DNA of 64,000 nucleotides from Eledone cirrhosa (lineage: Eukaryota): contig OZ024740.1 of NCBI GenBank assembly GCA_964016885.1, positions 134,106,001 through 134,170,000 on the forward strand, written 5' to 3'. The notes beneath the pieces are model-generated. The model was given only the letters and a program-made list of their open reading frames with translations. It ran no database searches and was not told the origin of the DNA. The translations under genes were made by a program, and so were the position numbers. Below, one piece after another: positions 1 through 15,260 of the stretch (its first letter is position 1; each line of letters begins with the position of its first letter).

Positions 1-1210
1 TGTAATTGGAACAATCACTCTTGTCACCCTGTTTGAAAATTGAGATCATCACTCCTGATTGCCATTGCTTAGGTGCCTTTCTACTGATCGAGGCCACCCG
101 ACATACACGAGTAGGCCAGAGAATACCTGAGTTATATATCCTGAGGGAAGACTTCGATGCACATGTTTGCACTGACCACCTGACATTGAAAGGACTGACT
201 GGAAGGAATGGCAACCTCGATCTTAATACGAATGGAGAGGCCTTATTAGACTTCTTTTCTAGCAATGTACTGTCTATTATGAACACTTTCTTCCAGCACA
301 GAAACATCCATAAACATACATACTATAAGGAGTATCGAGACAGAGATCAATAATTGATTTTGTTATTGTTTGATTTTGTTACGAATTTGTTAATGTTTCT
401 GAACTCTTTGATTCTGTACTGGATGTTCGTGTTAAGAGAAGAGCTGAGCGGTCAACTGATCACCATCTAGTTATCTGCAACTAGAGACAACTAAAGCCAA
501 GGAGGCCCACAAAGCTGTCAGGTCCAAGGCAACCTACAGGATAGAGGAAGTCAGGACCTGGTATACAGATACTATTGCATTCAAATTCAGAGAACTTCCT
601 GAGCAAATTGAGGTGTTTGAGACAGAGTGAATATTATTCAGCGCAGCAGTTTCTACTTCAGCTATTAAATGCTGTAGGCGTCAGAGGCTTGGTGTAGCGC
701 CGGGTGGCAGAAGAACCCTTTTGTTCAATCAAGAGATCAAAAATGCCATCCGAGCAAATAAGCTAGCTTAAAAATCTTGGTTTGTAAATCAGTCCTCCTT
801 CTGCACTTGTGGTACAAGCAGGCATGAAGAATCACTGCAGAGACATTAAAGGCATCCAAAGTTAAGACATGGGTGGACTTTTGGGTTAGGCTGGAATCCG
901 ACTTCAGATCAGCCAATAAATTGTTTCGACAGACCATCCACCGACTTCATAAGAGGCCCTCTTCCACGACTGCTATCAAGAACGCATCTGGGGTTCTCCC
1001 CTCTTCAGAGGCGTGCATCCACGCGAGGTGGAGAGAATACTTTCCTGATCTCCTAAACCCGATCACAACCGCATCTTCTGATGTAGATGGCGGGCGATGA
1101 CTAATCTCTCAAAGGCTGAAGTCAAAAGAGCAGTTCAAGAGCTCGAATGTGGCAAGGCCGCTGGGGAAGAAGAAATCCTGCCCGAGATATTAAAAGCCTT
1201 AAATAATTTC
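1..1210 (+). mobile_element. Degraded RTE-clade LINE fragment (APE endonuclease C-part to start of RT)
   Basis: Translated pieces: GRNGNLDLNTNGEALLDF..LSIMNTFFQH, STDHHLV (about 451-475), RWREYFPDLLN, EVKRAVQELECGKAAGEEEILPEILKAL. Several stops and frameshifts. Confidence 0.8.
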
Positions 1211-2749
1211 GTGTCTATTATCAAACTCGGTGAGGCTATTTATGCAATGATAGTTGAAGGAGGGGGAGATTGTGTAAATAAATATTGTTGAAATCTCTAC
1301 AATCACTATTAATAACAGGGTTAATAAAACTTGCCAGAATTATTTCTGCTCTAACTACTAAATATGAGAAAACATACTGTTCGTACATTATTTAGAAATT
1401 TATAGCCCTTAAAACATTCTTTAAACATTAGATATTGATCTCAGCAGCTTTGGCCTGGAAATGTATCTGTCGATTGCACGTGTTAAATTTCCTAACCTGT
1501 CCAGACGATTGGTAGATCTGTTTGTATTATTTATCGGAATTACTGACGAAAGATGCTTTTACATCTGGCACGCCTTCATATCTCAAGGATAAGAAAATAT
1601 AATGGAGTTGTATTTAGACAGAGGACTATCATTCTGCTAGCTAATGCATTTTTCTAAAAGAATACATTCCCCTAGAAACGTTTTTAAATATATTAACTTT
1701 TGCTTCCCTACAATGACCTCTGGCTGGCTAATTCAGAAGCCGATCAGATACAGACCCAAAACTGTTAAGCATGGTAATTCCAACTTGACTCCACTCAGGT
1801 CTCATATCAGAGAGGATGAACCGCCCCCTCTCGCGTACAATATCATTGTCTAATTATATCCAAATTACTCCATGTTTCCTTTAAAAACCTGTCATTCTGT
1901 TGCATCTTTACTCACTTTGTAATGCAGGTATGGCTTTTATATACGGGTAATATGCGTGTAGTTGTGTGCATATATGATAATGGTGCTATTGCTATCATGA
2001 ATATAGCATTTTTCAGAAATCTGCCTCGCGGTGAAGTGCATAAGAGCCCATCAAATGCATGGAATTAAAGCAAGCTGTTTAAGTTCAATGTAGGGATATT
2101 CTCGAAAGAAATCTGCGATGTGTAAAATTATACAGGATTTCTAAGGTAATTTTCGGAATAAGAAAAGACACAGGATCTTTAACGCAGAAACGATTGTAAA
2201 TGATTCTAATAGAGCATTTCACCCCTCAAATTCGTCCATTTGTTGATTGAATTATTTACTTTGCTCACTTTACTTACCGAAGACCATTGTATTAGATATA
2301 AGAGAATTAAGAAAAGTGAATAATGAAATAAAGGCTAATCTGATGTCATCCGCCTTTGTCTTTGACACGTTGTGCATAATATAGTATATAGTTTTAAATG
2401 CATGTATATTTACAGTAATGTAGGATACGATGATATCTTTATACAAAACTCGTAAAGCGAAATTCAAATTGGTGATCACGAAATTAAAATTGGTGATAAC
2501 GAAATAGAAGTTGACGATGATGAAAGTGACGAATTTATGTGTGAGTGTATGTGTGTTCGTGTCGTTTGTATGTGTGCATATGTCTGTCTTCGCATTATTT
2601 TATTTCTATATCTAGTAGAAACAATTATTTTATTTCTATATCTAGTTGTATTTCTCTTTTTTTTTCTTTCTTACCAGTCTAGATATTGAAGTACAGCTCT
2701 AATTAGGAATTACAGTTAAGTAGTATTTCTCCCTCTTTCTTTCTTTCTC

Positions 2750-2960
<211 letters not shown>

Positions 2961-3673
2961 CGTTCTCACTGCCACTCCTTCCACTATTTTCTTTATACGT
3001 TTCTTCTGCCTCTGTTTATTTTACTCTCTGTTTTTTCCTAATTGAATACTGCTCTCTTTTCATATCTCTAAAACCATTATGTAGTGAAGTATCTATATTA
3101 CATCGAAAAATCACAAGTAATGGATGTATATCAACTCTTATAATGGAACCAAGTGAAAGCTTCAGCTGGCATTCTGTTACGCTATTCGACTTTTAACATT
3201 TCTGAAATCAAAGCCAAATACGAGGTTTATATTAAACAAACCGCCTATGTGATAAAAGAATTGTTGAAATTTGACTATAAACGTCAGGATAATATCTCGG
3301 TGTTACAGTGTTACAGTTGATGGTTATGGACGCAATACAGCCTTAAAAAATTGTGGCATATTGAATAATTTAGTCCTAGATACGCTATGTCTAATAGTGC
3401 ATCTAGGAACACCTGTAATTGTCTGCGTTGTTAAAGCGATATGTGCCAAACAACAGTTGTTAATATTACACCAAATAAATTTTTGTTTCGGAATGTATGG
3501 CAGGAATAATACGAATTCTACTTAATACTAGTGTTTGAATGAAAACGCGTATATACTACATATTAGACACTTGTATATAAATCGGTAACATGAGCCAACG
3601 AGAGAAACTCCTGATGGTCGCTCTATGTGCTATATATATATATACACACACACATATATATATGTGTGTGTGC

Positions 3674-3704
<31 letters not shown>

Positions 3705-4432
3705 CACTCACACACACACACATTTATGTATGTACGTATGCATATATACATATATATATATATACATGTAGATATTTATTAAACTTAAACCAAAATCTCA
3801 TTTTGAAGGGGTATAGCCAAATCGGCTAACGAAAGACGGTTTTAACGCATATAATACTCCAACCAGGGTTTCTGGAACTCAAGATACAACATCAGTAATT
3901 CCAAGACATTGGAATATTCAATATTGGAAGAATTAAAGTTCCTCCATCGGGATATGTTAAAAATATATCATACACAACATTTCGTTGCTAAATCGTATGG
4001 TGAACAATGTGTTGTATCCCTGAATTACTATATGAATGTATTCCACCCAAGGGGACAGGTAGAATATATACCATACATACCATGTTATTACTAGAGCGCA
4101 TGTTGAACAACGTGTTGCAACGCTGAATTATAATATGAATATATCCTACTTAATATATTAGGACAATGCGACGATGGAAATAAAGGCCAAAACCGTATAT
4201 ATCAGTTAAACAGTGATAGAGTAGTCAATATTAATTTATCGGGGTTTTACATAAGTAAAAACCGACTTCTTTAGACGATTTGGTTTATATCCACCGAAAA
4301 TGTAATTTTGGTTTAAGTTTAATATATTTTAATATTTCTCTGAGTAGATAATTTATTAGTATATCTTATCCTTTTATTGGGATGTTTACGTATTAGGGAC
4401 AGTTAACTCTATAGAGTTATAAATTAATATAC

Positions 4433-4499
<67 letters not shown>

Positions 4500-4506
<7 letters not shown>

Positions 4507-5545
4507 CAAAATATTAACAAATGAAAAATATTCTCATAATCAAAATATATACTTTATTATATTTATTTCAAAGGTACTGAGTTGTTTTTTCAGTACGTCC
4601 TCATCAGACAAAATATATGATTTGATATATGACATACCGCTACGGTCTTGATTATTCAATCCCAGAATTTAATAATTATTTAAATACGCTTTAAAGATTA
4701 ATTCTTTTAAAGTTGTAACAAAATATTTATAGAATATCTTACCTTAAAATTAAAAATAATAATCTATAATGAGTTAAATTAAATTATATAAATTCTTAAT
4801 TAAACTAAATAAGTGATTGCTATAGAAAGTAATCTATACTGATTAATTTTGATATAATATATAAGTATAATTAGCTAAAGCATAACCATATACAAGAGAT
4901 ATTCAATTGTTTATGTGAATTGATTAGATGTCCTATTTGATCTAACATTGGAAAACAACGGTTTTTTTCTCTATTTGATGTTCCCTTATTTTTCTTTATT
5001 TTTCCCCACACCTTCCCCACACCTACTTTCTCCACACCTTCCCTCTCTTTTGTCGTTATTCCTCTTTCCTTTTTTTATATATTTCTTTTATTCATTCATC
5101 CATTTATTTGTTATTCATTTATCTATTTATGTATGTATTTATTTATTTTTTTCTTGCCTTTTCTCTTCTTCACACCCTCTCTTATATCTCTAATTTGCTC
5201 TACGTCCTTTTCTTCTTTAAGTTTATCATATTATTTATGGTATATAAACGTTGAGATTTGATGAAATAAATCATTGCCAATACTGGAATTGAATAATCAA
5301 GACCGTAGCGGTATGTCATATATCAAATCATATATTTTGTCTGATGAGGACGTACTGAAAAAACAACACAGTACCTTTGAAATATATATAATAAAGTATA
5401 TATTTTGATTATGAGAATATTTTTCATTTGTTAATATTTTAAATAATATTAAAAACTCCAGGCAAACTTTATACTGTTGAGTGCTTCTAATCTATTGTAA
5501 AATTGTATTCATTGAGTAATCAACGAACCATACTAATCTTTGGTT
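4500..5545. mobile_element. PLE pLTR remnants, family A: 4500-4665 is the inverted copy of about 5262-5448
   Basis: Reverse-complement match (e.g. GACATACCGCTACGGTCTTGATTATTCAAT vs ATTGAATAATCAAGACCGTAGCGGTATGTC). Flanked by (TA)n and carries a CTGATGA..GAAA motif. Confidence 0.75.
5330..5420 (+). ncRNA. Hammerhead-like motif, family A (other copies on minus strand at about 4520-4615 and 8595-8685)
   Basis: CTGATGA, stem II (GTACTG/CAGTAC), GAAA, then an AT-rich stem. The stem I/III register is ambiguous. Confidence 0.5.
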
Positions 5546-5566
5546 ATAAATATATATATATATATA

Positions 5567-8555
5567 CTCTGGAGCTAACATTGCTAACAACTACAAACTT
5601 TCCTACACAGACACAGAAAACAGATAATGACAGTAACACAGAGGTGAAGGATTGTAAAAACAATGAGAGAGGTAGAGAGCCTAATGACAATGACAGGGGA
5701 GATAACCAGGACGAACACACAGACACACAAAATAGATTAGATAATAACAACGAGTCAGAGGGGATGGACAGGAGTAACAATGAGAGACATAGAAGCAACC
5801 ATGGGGCTGTTGGTAGAAATAGAAACAACAACACAACTAAGAATAGCAATAGAACATACAACACAACCTGGAATTCCACTTTCTATGACCCTTCTGATAT
5901 GTCCTTCGACTGGCGACGAGTCCACGCCACGACTTTAGCTTTTAACAAACGCACGCAATTGCCGTCGCAGGTTTATGAACAAATAGAAGCACAATTTACT
6001 ATAGCTAGATCTAAACTTAGAAAGATTATAGAACAGTATAGCAAGAAACAGAATAAAATGGAGGCTCAGCAACTGGGAGAAAAATCTGCAAATGGCTTGC
6101 GTAAGCTCATGCAGCGCTTACGTAATGGAGAGATTGCATGCTTTCAAACAGACAAATCTGGCAAAATTTCGGTTGACAGTCTGTCAAACTATATCCAGGC
6201 AAGGCAACCCCACATCACCAACAGAAGAGAGGTAACACCACAAGAGCATGAGGATAGGGAGAAAACCCTCAACGCTAATATGATTATGTGGACCAACATA
6301 ATGCAGCCCAATAAACAGACTGCCAACAACTTCCAGGCCTGGAACAATGACGTGCCAACCTTGTATGGGCTTCGAAAAGACCATAAGGCGAACAGTGACC
6401 CAGTCACAGGACCACCGACACGGCCAGTCTGTGGAGCTAACATTGCTAGCAACTACAGACTTTCCTCCTTCCTCTCCCTGATCGTACGCCCTATCATAGC
6501 AATGTCCCCAAATATATGTGATAGCACGGAGGAGGACTCCTCAGCTGAATCGGTGAAAGTATCCTGTCAGATTGTATAATAGGTAGTATGGATGTAGTGT
6601 CCCTATACCCGTCCATTGACGTAGATGTTGCTGTGGAGAAATGCGTGGTAATGGTCAGTGAGAGCGATGTTGAATTCCTTGGAATTTATACCAGTGAGAT
6701 TGGGACTCATAATTAACCTTACATACAATAAGGAATACCTAGATACATATGACGTTAGCAACCTCTGCCCCACAAGGCCAGTAAGAGGCAGACCACCTAC
6801 CATTACCTCAATGGCCAAGAAACCCCACACAGAAAGATGGAACGGGTGGACCAGAACCATACGGACCCCCGAAAACCATGATGAACTAAAGAAAATTATT
6901 GCACATGCGGTGGGGGCCAGTATGAAACTAACCCTTAAAGAACATATGTTCAAATTTAATGGAAAAACATATGCCCAAGAGGGAGGAGCAGCCATTGGCG
7001 TTAGCATTGCAGGCGACATAGCTAACCTATTTATGGTATGGTGGGACAAAAAACTTAAGGAACAATTAGAAGACAACAATCTCTTAACCCTGATTATGTA
7101 CTCCCGCTACGTTGATGATATAAACATCGTAGTAAAAACACCCCTCTAGAGAGCAGTCAGGAATTAGAAAAAAACACAATGGAAAGCATCCAGCAAATAG
7201 CTAACTCAATCGACCAGAGTATCAAAGTTACTCTAGACTACCCAAGGAAACACCCAAACCATCGATTACCTGTACTAGACACAGAGCTCTGGTTAGAAAC
7301 CATTAATAGCAAAAACAAATCCTCCATTCCCATTATGCTAAACCCATGACTTCCAAATACCTGATCCACCGAAACTCAGCTGTTTCGGATCACACCAAAA
7401 TCAACATACAGATTGCAGATTTAGTGAGGGTGATGAGGAATGTGTCCCGCATGTGCAACCCCAAAGAATTAAAGAGACACATACAACACTTCATCCACCG
7501 TATGCAGTTCTCTGGCTACAATCAGAGAGACAAAATCAGAGTATATAGAGGAGCCAGAACCAAATGGGAAAAAATGATAGATAATGATACAAATGGGACC
7601 TGCCCCTTGTATAGGAGCAAATTTTAGAATAGAATAGAAAGACCTAGGAATAAGGTTAATAAAATAAACTCATGGTATGATAGCAATAAATACCAGAGTG
7701 TAATGTTCATCAATACAACCCCTAGAAGTGAACTAGCTTACAAATTTAGAAGGGCCCTAGATAAACTTAAACTAAATATTAAGATAGTGGAAAGACCTGG
7801 TACCTCCATAAAAACACTAATTAGTAATGCATACCCTTTTCAAAGACCTCTCTGTATAGATAGGAAATGCATAATCTGTAAGCTAAGCCCCCATATTAAC
7901 TGTAAAACTAGAAACATAGTATATAGCATAAGATGTACTGAGGGACAATGTAAAAATAAGAATATAATGTACCTAGGTGAGACAGCTCGTAACATAGGAG
8001 AACGATTAAATGAACACTGGCGAGAACTCCAAGATAGAAAAGACTCATCAACACTCCACCAACATGCTAAAATAGAACAAAAGGGCAAATTAGAGAACAT
8101 AGAGATAAAAATAGAATCTACACACAGAAAAGACGCAATGTTTAGACAAATCACAGAAGCAATAAACATAAATGAACTCCAACCAAAATTAAATAGAAAA
8201 CATGAATAGAATAGCAACATCACAACTTATAATTAAGGACAAAATGAAAACACACACACAACACACATAAAAACAAGATGGCGTAGGACAGAACAAAGGA
8301 GAGGCACAAAATAAAGAAAAGAATCCCCAGTCACTGAAGAAGTCGCAGAATGTGTGACGAAAGAACTTTGACAATATATGAATAACCATCCGGTTATAGA
8401 ACCAACCAACCAACCGGAAATTTATAATAAATTGAAGTGAAAACAACTGGTGCGTGAGTTTCTTATTGGCAACATGACCCTCCCAAAGTATAACAATATC
8501 GGTTTCAACACAAGTTTTCAGATAAGGAATCTTGCTAAAAAAATTCAGAAACGAA
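5567..8555 (+). mobile_element. Near full-length Penelope-like element with frameshifted RT + GIY-YIG
   Basis: ORF pieces 5503-6579, 6658-7149, 7346-7627 and 7703-8209. Motifs: DKSGK, LYGLRKDHK, TRPV, SMDVVSLYPS (about 6585-6615), QEGGAAIG, YSRYVDD, LPVLD, CxxxxCxxC, IVYSIRC..YLGETAR..RLNEH. Bounded by (TA)n tracts. Confidence 0.92.
8330..8372 (+). ncRNA. Minimal type I hammerhead ribozyme in the 3' pLTR
   Basis: GTCA-CTGAAGA-A-GTCGCA gaatg TGTGAC-GAAA-GAAC-TT-TGAC. Stem I GTCA/TGAC, 6-bp stem II, about 120 nt downstream of the GIY-YIG stop. Confidence 0.8.
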
Positions 8556-8569
8556 ATACATATATATAA

Positions 8570-8910
8570 TTTTATTCAAAATGTTAATAAATGAAAAATA
8601 TTCTCGTAATCAAAATATATATTTTATTATACATATTTCAAAGGTACAATGGTGTTTACGTACGTTTTCATCAGACAAAATATAAGATTTGATATGTGAC
8701 ATACCGCTACGGTTGTTATTATTCAATTCCAGTATTGCCAATACCTTTTAAATATGTATAATAAAATATATATTTTGATTATGAGAATATTTTTCATTTA
8801 TTTACAGTTTGAATAATATTAAATACTCCAGGAAAATCAAATGTCGAGTGCTTCTAATCTATTGTAAAATTGTATTTGTTGATTAATCAACGAACCATAT
8901 TAATCTTTGG

Positions 8911-8912
<2 letters not shown>
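8570..8912. mobile_element. Diverged family A pLTR pieces (8570-8742 inverted, 8743-8912 direct relative to 5255-5545)
   Basis: Similarity to 5255-5545 in both orientations; ends in CAACGAACCATA.TAATCTTTGG followed by (TA)n. Confidence 0.75.
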
Positions 8913-8953
<41 letters not shown>

Positions 8954-9344
8954 GAATCATGGTCACGTGGTGCTAAACAACAACATAAGTCGCGAATTGA
9001 TATCCAATTTGAGCATCTACCAATTCATCGGTCTGCCGCCCGCCCCATACTTGCACTTTATGTATCGACCGCGAGTAGATTTGGATAAGGTGGTGATTTT
9101 ATACCTGGCGACTAATTAAGTATACCACCCAAGTAAGTTACGAAGGGATTTAATATCAGAACAAAAAGAACCAAAATAATGTACCGTATCTAGCCGTCTA
9201 ATGTGAATCAGGAACTGTGTTTTCCTTTCATTTCAAAGACAATACCGTGTAATTTCAATGTTATATGCCAGCTACTTCCTTCTGGAGACAGTAATATAAT
9301 CACTCTTTCTTTTCTTATTTTCTCTCCTTGGCTCATGTCTCTTT

Positions 9345-9386
9345 GTTGCTGTTGATGTTGTCATCGTTGTCGTCGTCCTTGTTGTT

Positions 9387-9456
<70 letters not shown>
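9345..9456. repeat. (GTT)n/(GCT)n trinucleotide repeat
   Basis: Seen directly. Confidence 0.95.
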
Positions 9457-10029
9457 ATATGATTATTATTGTCGTTTGAGAGAAATTTATATGTAATGCC
9501 TTTCGCTATTTTTCAAATGGTATATGCGTGTGATTAGAGGGAGTCTAGGCTGCTTTTTCTAGCAGAGGGAGGTAGCACATATAGGCTTCTTTGTTGACAC
9601 ATTGTTGCTGCTGCTGATAAATTAAGTGGTGTTTAACACAATATTGTAGTTATTAGGAGGTTATAAGTGGTGAGGAGAAAGTATTTGCTTCTTGTTACCA
9701 TTGTTCTTAATAATGGTGGTTTTCGTTACTGTTTTTGATATTCTTATGTTACCTGTTTTTTATATTCTTATGTTTTCTCAGCAAAATAGAACTACGAAAA
9801 TCGATATAGTTGTTAAGTTACGGAACGGTATAAGTTCCTGGAAAAACTGGAAGAGATACGCATCATACCAAGATGGATACTATACAATCCGTAATGATAA
9901 AGTAACCTTAATTACAGGATTTCTTACTACTAGTATGCCAAATGGCTGGTGTTCGATACTAAATTTACAATAATATTGAATAGCTACTTTATCCGAAAAT
10001 CAGAAGAGTTTGTTCATTGGTTTATGCAT

Positions 10030-10350
10030 ACGTACATACATACATACATACATACATACATACATACATACATACATACATACATACATACATACATACA
10101 TACATACATACATACATACATTGTGGCTGCCAACTCGTTTTCGAGTATGGCCACTACTTTATATCCATGTAGGAGAACCCCTACCGATGCGCTGAACGAG
10201 TGTGACTTTTTAGTCCAGCCAGCGACTTGAAAACTCTGGTACAAGCACTACATTTGTGACAATTATTGACACATAGTGCTGGGCCCTTGGTAACATGTGA
10301 CGACAAGTGCAGAGAGATCTCCAGATATAAAGCAATGCCTGCGCCGTGAA
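10030..10350 (-). mobile_element. 3' fragment of an RTE-like LINE with C-terminal C2H2 finger and (TATG)n tail
   Basis: Minus-strand CSACTRVFKSLAGLKSHTRSAHR-stop, then a short UTR, then (TATG)n. Confidence 0.65.
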
Positions 10351-10367
10351 GCATACATACATACATA

Positions 10368-11014
<647 letters not shown>

Positions 11015-14000
11015 TTAATTATATATAGAGAGAGAATGTGAGTGAGTGAGTAAGAGAAACGTGGGGAGATAGTATCAATCGTTCTGTGTAGTGGAATAAA
11101 TCAGCTCTGGTAATTGTCGTATAATTTACTTTATCAACCTTGGAACGATAAAAAGGCAAAACGAAATTGGAAAAGGAGAACGTGAAAGGGGCGTATCTAA
11201 ATACACCGTAGCACTATATCCAATAATATGCCTTTTCTGCGAATCTACTGTTCTTATGTATCAGTAATATTGAACTATGAAATATATCCACACTTTCTTG
11301 GGCATGGCCCTGTAAATAAATGTATTTTTATCATTTATTGTTTTATTTTGTATATGTATTTGATATGATATTTTCAGGGAAGAAAGGACAGAGTTACTTT
11401 TCTTTGTTGTTGTTTTTTTTTTTTTTGTATTTTGTTGTTGTTTTTGTGTTTTTTTTAATTATTTTTTTGTGAGTCCATAATTTGATGGAAGAAGAGAGAA
11501 ATATGGCGACATTTGTACTTAGCTTAAAGGCAAGCAAGAACCAGGTGGTGATAGTAACCGGAGTGACGGATTAAATGCACCAAAAACAAAATAAGAATAG
11601 TTCATTCGGCGGGTCACCATTTATCAATTTTCTATGACAAGGCGTTCGTCAACTAGATTTTATAGTTGGCGACACTTACCTAGTAATGTCCCTCGTTAGA
11701 CGTCGCTCATGCCCACAACGAATCGTCTATAGAATGCAATGCAAGTGTTGACGTCCACCTGGTTACTTTGTTCAACTGGTAATGGACTGTGAGTGCTTGA
11801 CAAAATTCTAATCACCAAATCTGTAATCTCGGTCCTTATTTCCACCAGCACTACGGCTCCGTCAATAGACCGTGCATCCTTGTGTGATTTCAGCTACAAA
11901 AACATCACGCAGAGGATACTAACAACAGTTAGATCACATGATCAATTGCCGCGAACTTATATTAAGGCATGAACGTCTAGACATACATTATAACGGAAGG
12001 AGCCGATATAAACATTCACCCCCTCTCTTAAACATTCGAAGAAACCATACTTTCAATCCATTTGAGTGAGAGTTGTTACTCTACTCGTAATAACGTTTTA
12101 TTTCATGTTCAATTTAAGCATCGCGAGATAATCTACATGACGTGAACTCACCTCACAGCGTGCCGAGATTTAAGCCCATTGATTTGTCCTGGAATGGCTT
12201 TTATTATATGCGTCTGCTCATTTATGTCAGACCTGGGGCTAAACTACAACAACCACCAACATATGCACACATAAATGACTATAAACTTAGAGGAAGTGAG
12301 AGTTAAGAAAATTAATGTGCATGTTGAGATTATTAAATTAGTTGAATAGGATTACTTGGCTACGACACACAAAGAGCGTGTCCAATTAAATGAACGCGAT
12401 GTAATTAACTGTATATATGGGCAAGTGTGTGTTCTTTGTGTAAGCGAGAAAAACTTTGAATGTATGCAATTATGTTTCGTTCTGTGGTTTTGGACGTGTG
12501 TGTCTTCATATTATAGTATCTTTCTGTATGTGTCTTTTGAGTGTGTTTCTGGCGTGTGGTTGTCTTTTCGGCGTTGAATCTGTTTGTGTTTTGCATATAT
12601 ACGTTCGTGTGTGGGACGTCGGTAAATGTGTGCTTGTCTGTGTGAATGGGTGCTTTTATGTGTGATGTGTATTTGAATATGTAGGTGAGTGTGTTTATGT
12701 AGATCTATAAATATGTCCTTGTGCGTATTTCCGATTGTTTAAAGTTTAAGATAGGAAAGTACAAGTAGTGAGAGAAAGAAAATAGAATGAGAGGGGGAAA
12801 TATAACGGAAACAGAAATGTAATTATCAAGAGAAACCAGAAGTAGATAATGGAATCTTTTGTTAAGAGCGTGATTGCTGTCGAACCTGAGGTGAATCCGA
12901 AGATCTGATGGAGTGTCTAAAATAGATAACCAATACTTACCGCCGTTTTCTTCTACTATTTTTCCTTTGAAAAATTCTTTCTTGGCTTCATTGCTGTTTT
13001 GATCACCATATTCGTACAGTGAAATTTTAGTTCACTGGAAGCGTCAGCCACAATATCTTCGAGTTCGCGGTTTATAAAAGGAATTTTCTCGTTTGTATTT
13101 ATTACATGTTTATATTCGTACGATGCATAACTGCTACTAGTGAAGGATATTCATTTCACCTTTTCTGTTTTATTAGCATTGTAAATATATATATAAAAAC
13201 AAAATAGCTTAATTGTCGGAGCAAGTAATACTAATCGTTCTTATTGTTTGAGATACGATATTCCAGACTCTAATTATTGGAGGGAATGGTTTAGCGACTT
13301 CTAGTTGTTAAGTTATTAATATGTGGAGTATGTTTCATGGTCGAAACTGTATCATCGCAGCTTGTATAATAGTATTTTAAAGCCAGCGCTATGCAAGTTA
13401 GTGCTTCATTTTAGGAGAATGCATTTGTTTCCTGATGACTTTTTAGCGTTGGAAACGTACTTCATTAGTTATTCATTCAACTGCGTCCATAACTTATCAG
13501 TTAAATAAGATAGTTTCAATCCGCTACTAGTCTCCCATGGTTACTTCAAAGTAAGTACACATTTTACTGTTGTCTCATTGATATAAGATTAGATATTAAC
13601 CGTGTCGTCTCTTTTCTTTCACTATTATTACAATGCAAAAATTACGTTATTATCATTCTTCAGCATCATGGTTTTTAATTTAATTTCTGCTTCAGGAAAT
13701 CGAGATTATTTCTCTGACTCACAATTATATAATGACTTCAAAGTTATAGTTGTCATTGAATATTAACTCATTCTTTTTCTCAATTAAGATTTATACAATT
13801 TCAAAGAAGTATAGTTAAATGCCTTTCTTAGTAATGCACTGAAACACCTGCAGAAGGACACGAACTCATAAAGCAGTCGAAAGTTTACCATTCCTACAAA
13901 TAAATCCAACTTTAATATTTCAACAGTTCCATGCAACTGTTTAATAAAGGATGAGTGTAAACACAAAGTATTTTCTACATACTTTACAAAATTTAAAATA

Positions 14001-14994
14001 ATTCTAGTTTTCATAACATCTAGCATCTGTTCATGACGTCAGAGATGCATTTTATTGTTTTTTTTTCTTTCGTTTTTTTTTAAAAAGCTATTTTGTTTCT
14101 TTTTTACTTTTAAACAGTAACAGTAAATTGACTCCAGAATACCGTAGGAAAAGGAAATTAGATTTGATATGACCTTTGTCAGAACGAAAGAGGTTAGAAT
14201 AAATTCAGCTATCCCTGGGGCTTGTGTGAATGTAACACTTCGAACTTTTGAAGTTAATTCATGTCATTCCCCCATATAGATTTACCCAAGAGAAAAGAAA
14301 ATATGGAATTTGAAAGAAAAAATTATAATTACAGTGTTAGGTATGAATGAAATAATGACTAACAGGTTTCTTTGAATAAAACAAAATTTTCTGCACAAGA
14401 GCCAAATACAAATACCCAAGGAATTCTAAACTTTCTGGCCAATAATTGAAATAATAGCTGCCAGCTATTCTTTACATAATTGACCAAAGGAAAGAAAATG
14501 GAAGTCCTACAGGTCATTTTATATTCTTCAGAACACCGTTTCTTTTCGAAGCACTTTGGCAATGTTAGAAATGAATATAAATTTGCTAATTATTTCTACT
14601 ATACTACTAGGTTCCGAGTTCTATTCGTCTTCCAACAGATATGCAAAATAGCTTTATACAAATTCAGAAAAATAACCATGACCATGACCATGCACATAGA
14701 TAGTTGATTCAATAGAGAACCGAACGTTATAAAACCGAGCAGATTCAATCTGCTTTTTGAAAATATTTTAATGGATATCATATTAATCAAGTGAATGTAA
14801 ACAGTTTAAACATCAAAAGGAAACTCAGAATTATAGTTATTTTTATGCCCTATACTAGTTGCGCATTCATTGTAGACACTATAGAGCATGAGAAATCTTC
14901 TGGACTGACGCGACTACATCACGATTTCGATTCTTGATTGAGGCGAGTTCGTTTAAATTACAATTCTTATAGCCTTGAGAAAGAAAGAAATGTT

Positions 14995-15260
14995 ATGGGA
15001 AGTGTTGAACTTACGATCATAACGTTGTGAGTTCGATTCTTCGACTAGGTTGTGTGTTGTGTTCTTGAGCAAAAAACTTGATTTCACGTTGCTCCAGTAT
15101 ACTCAGTTGAGAATCAGTACCAACATTAGATGGGGGTTAACCCTACGAAGGACTGGCGTCCTATCCAAGGGTTACTCATGTATTCTCAGTTGCTTAACGC
15201 CACCGAAGCCGTGATAAGCACCGACCTACTAAGCCTCCGGGCTTGAAACTCAGACTTCGC
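14995..15260 (+). mobile_element. tRNA-derived SINE (family 2, decayed)
   Basis: B-box GAGTTCGATTC and central TTGTGTTCTTGAGCAA..ACTT..TTTCAC.TTGCTCCAG shared with 40444-40778. Confidence 0.65.

Noticed and set aside
1543-1570. CTGACGA followed by a short hairpin (similar cases at 16687 and about 4230-4275 minus)
   Set aside because: No intact GAAA or closing stem I.
5544-7079. Antisense ORFs over PLE coding regions (also 18078-19802)
   Set aside because: Shadow ORFs from strand compositional bias, with no motifs.
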